NCBI RefSeq assembly: GCF_001997385.1
Contig: NZ_CP019633.1
Span: forward strand, 540,001-572,000
Source: Sedimentisphaera cyanobacteriorum
GTDB taxonomy: Bacteria > Planctomycetota > Phycisphaerae > Sedimentisphaerales > Sedimentisphaeraceae
Reading direction: 5' to 3'
Length of the DNA: 32,000 nt
In this document: positions 16,037 to 23,796 of the stretch, piece by piece
Layout: every line of letters starts with the position of its first letter
How positions within the stretch are numbered: position 1 is the stretch's first letter
Notes under the pieces: model-generated
Database searches by the model: none
Seen by the model: only the letters and a program-made list of their open reading frames with translations
Told to the model about the DNA's origin: nothing
Translations under genes and position numbers: made by a program

Positions 16037-17429
16037 TTCTTCTAATGAAAGTTCGCAGCCACAGCGGTCTTCGAATTATGATTTGATTCAGGCTAAGTCT
16101 TTGCCTGAATCATACGAGGCGGAGGTCTCGGTGCTGGGCTCAATGATTCTGGATAGAAACTGCGTCAATGATGTCGTCCAGAAGCTGAGCCCGGATTCAT
16201 TCTACCGCCCGGAAAACCGCATTATATATGAATCGCTTGTAGCGCTTTACGAACAGCTCCCGCCTGATAAAAATATGGATCTCGTTCTTATCAAGGATGA
16301 GCTGCTTAGGCGGAATCAGTTTGAAGATGCAGGCGGGCAGGAGTATCTAAAGAAGATACCTGCAAGCGTTGCAACTACTGCCAACGCCGAATATTACACG
16401 GAAATTGTTCACGAGAAGTATATCCTCAGGCAGCTTATCAATGTGGTAAGTGAGGTGCTTGAAGAGGCATACAACCCTGCCGGCGAGATAAGCGACAAGC
16501 TCGATCAGGCTGAGAAAAAGATCTTCGAAGTAACCGGCGAGCGGGTTACCGGCGAGGCCGAGTCTATGCGGGACCTTCTCGTAAAGGCATTTGAAGAGAT
16601 CGACAAACGAACGGGCGAGGCCATTACGGGCATCCCCACCGGTTTCACCCAGCTCGACACTATGACTACAGGTCTCCATGAGGGCGAGCTTATAATAATG
16701 GCAGGAAGGCCGAGTATGGGGAAAACGAGCTTTGCCATGAATATTGCAGAGCACATTGGAGCTGATGAAGAGCAGCCTGTATTGATTTTCTCGCTTGAAA
16801 TGGGCAGACTCCAGCTTGCAGAGCGTATGCTTTGCAGTCGTGGAATGATAGACTCACAGGCCGTAAGGCGGGGGGTGATGGATTCAGAAGTATTTCAGGA
16901 GCTTCTGGATACCAGCGAGAATCTCTCTCAGGCACCGATCTTTATCGATGATACTCCCGGAATGACTCCTCTGGAGATTCGCGCCAAGGCAAGAAGGCTC
17001 AAAGCTCAGTATGATATTAAGGCAGTTTTCGTTGATTACCTTCAGCTTATGAGCCTCGGAGGCAGGGTAGAATCGAGGCAGAATGAGATAAGCGCAATCT
17101 CCCGTCAGCTCAAAGCAATGGCAAGAGAGCTGGATGTTCCGGTGATTGTGCTCAGTCAGCTCAATCGTGCAGCCGAACAGCGAGAAGACCACCGACCACG
17201 AATGAGCGATCTTCGTGAAAGCGGAAGTATTGAACAGGACGCAGATGTTGTTATGCTTATACACCGCGAAGACTACTACCACAGGCAGGAAGCCGAGTAT
17301 GAATTTGATAACGAAGCGGAAATAATTATAGCTAAGCAGAGAAACGGGCCTACCGGAATCGTGAAACTCAAGTTCCACGGCGAATTTACGAGATTCGACA
17401 ACATAAGCACTATTGATGAGCCGTTTTGA
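15996..17429 (+). CDS. dnaB: Replicative DNA helicase DnaB
   Basis: The N-terminal domain has LPESYEAEVSVLGSMILD, Walker A is GRPSMGKTSFAMNIA, Walker B is VFVDYLQLM, and the C-terminal end reads IIAKQRNGPTG. The start is uncertain. ATG 15996 (GGAGCAGGAAG RBS) overlaps the rplI 3' end by 41 nt; alternatives are 15933, 15960 or TTG 16083. Confidence 0.88.
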   Translation: MSSQKPSQKTQKNNSSNESSQPQRSSNYDLIQAKSLPESYEAEVSVLGSMILDRNCVNDVVQKLSPDSFYRPENRIIYESLVALYEQLPPDKNMDLVLIKDELLRRNQFEDAGGQEYLKKIPASVATTANAEYYTEIVHEKYILRQLINVVSEVLEEAYNPAGEISDKLDQAEKKIFEVTGERVTGEAESMRDLLVKAFEEIDKRTGEAITGIPTGFTQLDTMTTGLHEGELIIMAGRPSMGKTSFAMNIAEHIGADEEQPVLIFSLEMGRLQLAERMLCSRGMIDSQAVRRGVMDSEVFQELLDTSENLSQAPIFIDDTPGMTPLEIRAKARRLKAQYDIKAVFVDYLQLMSLGGRVESRQNEISAISRQLKAMARELDVPVIVLSQLNRAAEQREDHRPRMSDLRESGSIEQDADVVMLIHREDYYHRQEAEYEFDNEAEIIIAKQRNGPTGIVKLKFHGEFTRFDNISTIDEPF

Positions 17430-17493
17430 TTTGCGGCTCTATTAAAGCCCGTTTTAGCCCGAAAGTGTTCTAAATAAAGGTATAGGATTTTTT

Positions 17494-19800
17494 ATGCTGA
17501 AAAGAGTCGTTGCATTAGTATTGTTTGCTGTTTTGGCTTGCGGTTTGGCAGAAGCTCAAGATTTGCGGATTGTTGAGCTGAACGTAAAAGGCAACGCCAC
17601 GCTCACTAAATCGAAGATACTCAGCACAGTATCAGCCCGCCCGGGGCAAACCCTTGATGAGCAGGCTTTATCGCAGGATACTGAAAATTTGGCTGAGCTG
17701 GATGCTGTTCAGTTTGCTTACTATAATACTGAGCCGGTTGACGGGGGAGTAAGGCTGAATTTTGTTGTGGTTGAGAAAATGCTCATTTCAGAGATATCAT
17801 TTTTCGGCAATGAAAAGATCAGCGATAAAACCCTTGCAGACCTTGTCGATTTTGATAAAGGTGATTATCTCGAGAAAATCACGCTTGCCTCAGCTCTGGA
17901 CAGCGTAAGAAATAAATATACCGAAAAGGGTTATTACTTTGCCGAAGTAAAGCTCGGCGAAGAAGAGCTTGAACAGGGCAGGGTGATATTCAGAATCGAG
18001 GAGGGGCCGAGAGTTAAGGTTACCGGCGTTCGCTATGAGGGCAATACCGTCTTCACCGAAAAACAGCTCGACAGTGTTGTTAAGTTTGATTCCAGAATCC
18101 TCTTTTTATTCAAGAGAGACTACAACACCAAAAAAATTCAAAAAGACATTGAGGCTATCGAAAAAGAATATCGTTCAGCTGGATATATAGATGCAGACTG
18201 CAACGCCGAGCCAGATTTAAACGAAAAGCTCAATAAAGCGGAAGTGGTTTTTTATATCAGCGAAGGCAGGCAGTGCAAGGTTTTAGACCACAGCATAAAG
18301 GGTGTTAGCTATTTCGATAAAGACCAGATTGAGAAGATGCTCAAGGTTAAGAAAGGCCAAGCTTACGACAGCGAGGCCGTGAAGAAAACCAGAGAAGATA
18401 TCAGGGATAAGTATCTGGAGAAGGGCTTTATTGAAGCACGAATCAGAGCCGAGAGGAATTTCACAGACAATGGAGACGTGAGGCTTGTTTATGACATTGA
18501 TGAGGGCAAGCGGTTCAGGATTGGCGAGGTGAGAATCACAGGCAACTACCAGACGCACGATAAGGTTGTCAGAAGGGAGCTTGACTATGAGGGCTTCAAG
18601 CCGGGCAGATGGTACGACGGCAAAGAGGCCAAAGGAAACGGCAAGGGGCAGCTCGAGAAGGATGTAAAACAGGCAACTCTGGCCGAGGATGTGTTTATAA
18701 AATCAGTGGACGGTGAAAAGCCCGGAACCAAGGATGCCGTTGTTAATATCACTGAAGGTATGACAGGAATGGTGATGTTTGGTGCTGGAATAGACAGCAG
18801 CAACGGCCTTGTGGGACAGGTGATTTACGAGCAGAGAAATTTCGATATTCAGGACTGGCCTGAATCTCTCAGTGAATTTTTCGACGGGCGGTCGTTCAAA
18901 GGCGCTGGTCAGAGGCTGAGAATCTCCCTTGAGCCCGGTACAGAGGTAAACCGTTATTCAATAGATTTCACCGACCCTTACGCTTGGGAACGCCCGTTCA
19001 GCCTTAATCTGGGTTCCTCACGCTACTGGAGAGGCAGAGAATGCTATGACGAGGAGAGAACAAAAGGCTACATAGGCCTTACAAGACGCTACGAAGACGA
19101 CTGGTATCTCGGAATCAAAGTGAGAGCTGAAAACGTTACGGTATCAGACCTTGATGATGATTCGCCCCAGGAAATTTATGACGTTGAAGGCGATACCGGC
19201 CTTTTCGGTACAAAATTCACAGCAAAGAAAAAGGTAACAGACGATAAATACATACCTACTGAGGGCTATGTATTCGATGCTTCTTTTGAGCAGGTTACAG
19301 GAGACTACAATTTTGGCGTTGTGAGCTCCTCATACACAAACTACAATACACTCAAGGAGGACCTGGCAGGCAGGAGAACCGTATTCTCAACGAAGATCTA
19401 TGGTGCTGCAATTCTGGGCGATGCCCCTCCATTCGAGAAATTCTATGCAGGCGGGTCTGGCAGTCTTAGAGGCTTCGACTACCGCGGCGTAAGTCCAAGA
19501 GGGGAGAGCACAACAACCCCCGGCGTGTATGACGACCCAATCGGCAGCGACTGGATCGCAATCGGAACTGCCGAGATTACATTCCCGCTAGCAAGCGACC
19601 GCTACAACTGGCTTATGTTTGCAGATGCTGGAATGATTGATGAAGGAGGGCCGAGAACCTCAATCGGTACCGGCATTGAAATACTGATACCTCAGTGGTT
19701 TGGCCCGGTGCCAATGCGGTTTGAACTTGCAGCTCCAATTACAAAAGAAGGCGAAGATGAAACAGAGTTCTTCAGCTTCTCAATGGGAAGACTGTTCTAA
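17494..19800 (+). CDS. bamA: Outer membrane protein assembly factor BamA (Omp85 family)
   Basis: 768 aa with a signal peptide MLKRVVALVLFAVLACGLAEA. Repeated POTRA-like modules are present (I..I.V.GN......I; V.F.I.EG....I..V...GN). A C-terminal beta-barrel contains FYAGGSGSLRGF and a terminal aromatic residue (..GRLF). Confidence 0.88.
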   Translation: MLKRVVALVLFAVLACGLAEAQDLRIVELNVKGNATLTKSKILSTVSARPGQTLDEQALSQDTENLAELDAVQFAYYNTEPVDGGVRLNFVVVEKMLISEISFFGNEKISDKTLADLVDFDKGDYLEKITLASALDSVRNKYTEKGYYFAEVKLGEEELEQGRVIFRIEEGPRVKVTGVRYEGNTVFTEKQLDSVVKFDSRILFLFKRDYNTKKIQKDIEAIEKEYRSAGYIDADCNAEPDLNEKLNKAEVVFYISEGRQCKVLDHSIKGVSYFDKDQIEKMLKVKKGQAYDSEAVKKTREDIRDKYLEKGFIEARIRAERNFTDNGDVRLVYDIDEGKRFRIGEVRITGNYQTHDKVVRRELDYEGFKPGRWYDGKEAKGNGKGQLEKDVKQATLAEDVFIKSVDGEKPGTKDAVVNITEGMTGMVMFGAGIDSSNGLVGQVIYEQRNFDIQDWPESLSEFFDGRSFKGAGQRLRISLEPGTEVNRYSIDFTDPYAWERPFSLNLGSSRYWRGRECYDEERTKGYIGLTRRYEDDWYLGIKVRAENVTVSDLDDDSPQEIYDVEGDTGLFGTKFTAKKKVTDDKYIPTEGYVFDASFEQVTGDYNFGVVSSSYTNYNTLKEDLAGRRTVFSTKIYGAAILGDAPPFEKFYAGGSGSLRGFDYRGVSPRGESTTTPGVYDDPIGSDWIAIGTAEITFPLASDRYNWLMFADAGMIDEGGPRTSIGTGIEILIPQWFGPVPMRFELAAPITKEGEDETEFFSFSMGRLF

Positions 19801-19884
19801 GCTTAAAAAAAATATAGATTTTATGTACCCTGATTATTTTCCGTGTAACGTGATAATATTTGTTTGGGTAATGTGAAAATTAAC

Positions 19885-19914
19885 GCCGGTCTGTCAAAGG
19901 GCCGGCTTTTTTTT
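19885..19914 (+). terminator. Rho-independent terminator candidate downstream of bamA
   Basis: GCCGG (19885-19889) pairs with CCGGC (19902-19906) around a 12-nt loop, followed directly by T8 (19907-19914). The stem is short, so this is only moderately convincing. Confidence 0.5.
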
Positions 19915-19945
19915 GCGTTTGATAGAGAAAATTGCACTGTTTAAA

Positions 19946-19955
19946 ATTTTTTTTT
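19946..19955. repeat. Left copy of the target-site duplication (ATTTTTTTTT) of the IS4-family element
   Basis: A 10-nt string identical to 21467-21476 immediately abuts the left terminal inverted repeat. Confidence 0.7.
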
Positions 19956-19970
19956 CACAGCCATCCCATA
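19956..19970. repeat. IS left terminal inverted repeat (CACAGCCATCCCATA)
   Basis: Exact reverse complement of 21452-21466. Confidence 0.85.
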
Positions 19971-20061
19971 GAAGAGCAAAATACAAGATGTTTCTTTAAA
20001 ACCAGCGGGGTATGAGTTACACTAATTCTTTCAGTCTAATTAAACAAATTAGGAGTAACCC

Positions 20062-21285
20062 ATGACACCCGCCAAACATCAATATAGCATTCTTAAGCAA
20101 ATATGCCAACATATTCCTGCACATCTTGTTTCAAAATTGTCTCGGTCTTTCGGTATTGACAAGCAATCACGAACATTTTCTTGCTGGTCGCACATTGTAT
20201 CTATGCTTCATGTCCAGATTGCTCACAGTCTCTCGCTCAACGACGTTTCCGACACATTGCGTAATCATTCTGGAGCTTTGACTCCTATCCGCCGTGCAAC
20301 CCCTTCAAGCAGGAATGGGCTTTCTCATGCAAACAGGGTTCGAGATCCTCTTATGGCAGAGACTCTCTTCTGGGAGGTGCTGTCCCATATCCAGAACAAA
20401 CATCTTGATTTTGGGAGAGGCCATAAGTATTCCGGCCTTCCGAGGCGTTTTAAGAGAGCAATATATGCGGTTGACTCAACCACGATCCAGCTTGTAGCCA
20501 ACTGTATTGACTGGGCTAAACATCGCAGACGAAAAGCGGCTGCAAAGTGCCATATGCAGCTGAATCTCCAGACGTTCCTGCCTCAATTTGCTATTGTAAA
20601 AGAAGCCTCAACCCATGATTCGACAGAAGCTTATCAGCTCTGTCAGGACCTTAAAAGCGGCGAAATAGCGGTTTTTGACAAGGCTTACGTGGATTTTAAG
20701 CATCTAGCAGATCTTGACAGGCGAGAATTATTCTGGGTTACCAGAGCCAAAGATAATATGAAATATCGTTTTGTTAAACAGAATACAGAACCAAAAGGTA
20801 ATATCCAATACGATGCTTTAATTGAACTTGAAATGCCGAAAAGCCGCGAGGCATACCCGAAGAAGCTCCGTTTAGTTAAGGCTTATGTGGAAATTAACGG
20901 CGAGAAAAAGCTTATGAAATTTATCACGAACAATATGCAGTGGGCGCCGAGCAGTATTTGCGACCTATATAAGTGCCGCTGGGGTATAGAGGTGTTTTTC
21001 AAGCAGATAAAACAGACTTTGCAGCTAAGCGATTTCCTAGGGCATAGCCAAAAAGCAATTCTATGGCAAGTATGGACGGCTATGCTGGCTTATATTTTAA
21101 TAAGGTATATAGGTTTCCTCGGTCAGTGGAAAGGAGCATTCAGCCGATTGTTTACTTTACTGAGGGGTGTATTATTCAGCCGGCTGGATGTTTTTGGCGT
21201 TATGGCTGCCTGTGGGACAGCACGTGGTTCACCGCGTATGGTTGGCAGCCCTCAGCAGGCTTATTTGCCGGGTTTTAATATGTAG
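20062..21285 (+). CDS. IS4-family DDE transposase (N-terminal DUF4372-like region plus DDE_Tnp_1 core)
   Basis: 407 aa. Candidate catalytic residues are AVDSTTIQL (D), AVFDKAYVDF (D) and YKCRWGIEVFFKQIK (Y-x2-R-x3-E-x6-K, the IS4-family signature). An AGGAG RBS lies 6 nt upstream. Confidence 0.9.
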   Translation: MTPAKHQYSILKQICQHIPAHLVSKLSRSFGIDKQSRTFSCWSHIVSMLHVQIAHSLSLNDVSDTLRNHSGALTPIRRATPSSRNGLSHANRVRDPLMAETLFWEVLSHIQNKHLDFGRGHKYSGLPRRFKRAIYAVDSTTIQLVANCIDWAKHRRRKAAAKCHMQLNLQTFLPQFAIVKEASTHDSTEAYQLCQDLKSGEIAVFDKAYVDFKHLADLDRRELFWVTRAKDNMKYRFVKQNTEPKGNIQYDALIELEMPKSREAYPKKLRLVKAYVEINGEKKLMKFITNNMQWAPSSICDLYKCRWGIEVFFKQIKQTLQLSDFLGHSQKAILWQVWTAMLAYILIRYIGFLGQWKGAFSRLFTLLRGVLFSRLDVFGVMAACGTARGSPRMVGSPQQAYLPGFNM

Positions 21286-21451
21286 CAAGATTTTACGAAA
21301 ATAAAGAGGTGAAAAGAGAGCGGGCAGTATTGAGCAAAAAACTGCCAATTGAACAAAAGCAAAAAAAAATGCAAACTGGGGTAATTCAAATCCTTCAAGA
21401 AAAGGGCGTTTTAATACAATAAACAAGCCCTCAACGATAAATTTATGGACT

Positions 21452-21466
21452 TATGGGATGGCTGTG
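21452..21466. repeat. IS right terminal inverted repeat (TATGGGATGGCTGTG)
   Basis: Exact reverse complement of 19956-19970. Confidence 0.85.
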
Positions 21467-21476
21467 ATTTTTTTTT
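21467..21476. repeat. Right copy of the target-site duplication (ATTTTTTTTT)
   Basis: Identical to 19946-19955 and immediately follows the right inverted repeat. Confidence 0.7.
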
Positions 21477-21612
21477 CATTTTTTTTGTAACTTTCTAAAA
21501 AGTGTTGTAGTTAAATACGAGTCTGGTTATATCTTTGTAAAAATAAGAGTTAGATGCAGTGTTGGTTCACTGCTTGTGTAAATTTTAGTTACATTTTACG
21601 GAGGCATTAATT

Positions 21613-23754
21613 ATGAAAAAATTGCTTTTAATCCTTTTTTGTTGTTTAGTTGCGGCGTCCGCATGGGCAGGGGAGATAGTTCCCAAGTTTGACGACGGCG
21701 ATGCCCTTGTGGATTACACCGCCGCCAGAGATGGAGTTGCTAATCCCGCAGACATTATTTCTCTAAATCCGGGCAGCTCGATTACCTTTGCTGCTAAGTT
21801 TACGCCTTCAGTGGCCGATGTTACTGAAGACAGCGGACCGGTGGCTGTAATCGAAACCGGCGGAACAACTTACGGCAGCGGCATCTGGCTTTGCAACGGC
21901 GAATTGCATTACGCTTTCAGGGCAAATGTAAGCGGGAATAATGACCGCACATTTGATGATTTTGCGTTTGCTGACGGTGCCGGAGCGGTAAAAATGGGAG
22001 ATGTTGAGGCCGAACAGGAAGTTAAGGCATGGGTTTCTCTCGACTTAAATTCCGGAACAGTTCTCTGTTCAGTAAACGGCGTCAAAAGAATCTACTATTT
22101 GGACACCTATCCAGCTTCAACCAATCTCACAGGCAACCAGAGCGTAAGTTTTCTGACGAATGGAAGTATTATTGGCGGCCATATGGGCGGACTAAACCTT
22201 TCTTCAGAACCTTTGTTGAACGATGGAAACGTATGGGGGATGAATCCAGTTCCCGGGACAGAGTTAAGAGGTCAGATTTTCAGCATTGTTGCAGATCCGG
22301 ATCTTATGGCTAACGACCCTGTCCCTGCATCAGGCTCTGTTAATATCGACCCTGATGTTATTTCAGAAGTAAGCTTTGATACTGCCGAAGATCCTGAAAA
22401 CTCAGGCTCTCAGAACCCCGATGTTACAGGCCACTTCGTAACATTCTATCAGGGAGCAAACGGAGATCCTAATCTGGATATGGCCCCGCTTTATGAAACT
22501 TTCGTATCAGCAGCAGCTGATCCGATTACGGTGCCTATAAACACAGCAGGCACTTTCCAGATTCAGCTCGGACAGGAAGTTTTCTGGTGCGTTGAAGAGC
22601 AGATAAGCGGAGCACCTGAAGGGGATCCGGCAAATATAACTGGCCCTCTATGGAATTTTGAAACTCTTCCCGCTACCCCGGCAGCGGTTTATCAGCCTGA
22701 AGATGAGGCCGTGTTTGCAGGTGAGCAGGCGGTATTAGAATTTACCTTCACAAGCAAAACTGCTGCGAGCTCAGCTTGGTATAAAGAAGGCGCGCCTGAC
22801 ACAGAACTGCTCGAATCCGATCCGGATATTGCCTTAGAGCTTGCCCAGAACGGCGATGAATACATCTCTACGCTCTATATAGATAATGCCGAAGTGGCAG
22901 ACCAGGGCTACTACTACTGCATAGCTTCAAACGATGCTGGAGACACCCAGTCTGATTCCGCTTCTCTTGCTATCAAGCGTATGATTGCATACTGGCCTCT
23001 GGATGGAGACTATCAGGACTATTCAGGCGAGGAGAATCATCTCACACCTTACGCTGACCCGATCCCCGAGCAATGGATAGACGGCGTTGAACCCGCTCAG
23101 ACGGGGCAGGCCCTTGACACTACGGTAAATCGTGAAGCCGCAGCTGCTACTGACCCGTTCATTGCAGCAGAATACACCGACGAGCTCACTATTTCAGCGT
23201 GGATTAATTTCCCCGGCTCCGATGACTATCCTGCCGCCGGCCACTTCAGAGGTATATGCTCATCTTCGAGTGATAATAATTGGTTCTGGGAGATAGATCA
23301 GAGAGATGCCGGTCTGCAGGTTAACGCACCGGGCTACAATCCATACTCTTATGCCAACCTGTCTCTTAATGAATGGACGCACATTGCATTTACTTCTTCA
23401 GCGGACGAAGTGGCAGCGTTCTACGTTAACGGCTCGCAGGTTGATATTACAGACCCGGGCAGATACAGCATCAATCAAAACAACACCCCTGTTTATTTTG
23501 CCAACAATGACGGGACTATAGACACAATGATCGAGGCAAAGTTTGATGATGTAAGAATGTACAACTATGCGCTCTCTCCAGAAGAGCTGGCTGGTATTTA
23601 CTACGATGTTACCGGCGAGCAGATTTGTGTGGCTCCGAATGCTGAGAATCTGCAGTTCGATTTCGATGGAGACTGCACAGTGGATATAGACGACCTTGCA
23701 GCTGTTTCATTAGACTGGCTCAATGATATGTTATTCCCCGCAGAGGGTGAGTAG
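21613..23754 (+). CDS. Secreted multidomain protein: signal peptide, N-terminal ConA/LamG-like module, beta-sandwich module, Ig (I-set-like) domain, LamG (Laminin_G_3-like) domain, C-terminal dockerin-like Ca-binding motif (paralog 1)
   Basis: 713 aa with a GGAGG RBS and signal peptide MKKLLLILFCCLVAASAWA|GE. The Ig-like segment (about 22696-22977) carries WYK...DQGYYYCIASNDAG. The LamG_3-like segment has YWPLDGDYQDYSG...FDDVRMYNYALSPEELAGIY. The C-terminus has FDFDGDCTVDIDDLAAVSLDWL (EF-hand/dockerin-like). Confidence 0.8.
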   Translation: MKKLLLILFCCLVAASAWAGEIVPKFDDGDALVDYTAARDGVANPADIISLNPGSSITFAAKFTPSVADVTEDSGPVAVIETGGTTYGSGIWLCNGELHYAFRANVSGNNDRTFDDFAFADGAGAVKMGDVEAEQEVKAWVSLDLNSGTVLCSVNGVKRIYYLDTYPASTNLTGNQSVSFLTNGSIIGGHMGGLNLSSEPLLNDGNVWGMNPVPGTELRGQIFSIVADPDLMANDPVPASGSVNIDPDVISEVSFDTAEDPENSGSQNPDVTGHFVTFYQGANGDPNLDMAPLYETFVSAAADPITVPINTAGTFQIQLGQEVFWCVEEQISGAPEGDPANITGPLWNFETLPATPAAVYQPEDEAVFAGEQAVLEFTFTSKTAASSAWYKEGAPDTELLESDPDIALELAQNGDEYISTLYIDNAEVADQGYYYCIASNDAGDTQSDSASLAIKRMIAYWPLDGDYQDYSGEENHLTPYADPIPEQWIDGVEPAQTGQALDTTVNREAAAATDPFIAAEYTDELTISAWINFPGSDDYPAAGHFRGICSSSSDNNWFWEIDQRDAGLQVNAPGYNPYSYANLSLNEWTHIAFTSSADEVAAFYVNGSQVDITDPGRYSINQNNTPVYFANNDGTIDTMIEAKFDDVRMYNYALSPEELAGIYYDVTGEQICVAPNAENLQFDFDGDCTVDIDDLAAVSLDWLNDMLFPAEGE

Positions 23755-23796
23755 TCGGTTTGTTAAGTGTTACTTAAATATTATGGAGAAAATAAA

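Larger units (their letters stand above)
19956..21466 (+). mobile_element. Intact IS4-family insertion sequence (1511 bp) with a single DDE transposase
   Basis: Perfect 15-bp terminal inverted repeats: CACAGCCATCCCATA at 19956-19970 and its reverse complement at 21452-21466. They are flanked by direct repeats ATTTTTTTTT and enclose one transposase ORF with DDE and Y(2)R(3)E(6)K motifs. Confidence 0.85.

Noticed and set aside
15933-17429. Possible intein or insertion in DnaB
   Set aside because: The protein length (about 478-498 aa) and the uninterrupted Walker A to Walker B to C-terminal motif spacing are normal. No Cys/Ser-...-HN splice-junction block is visible.
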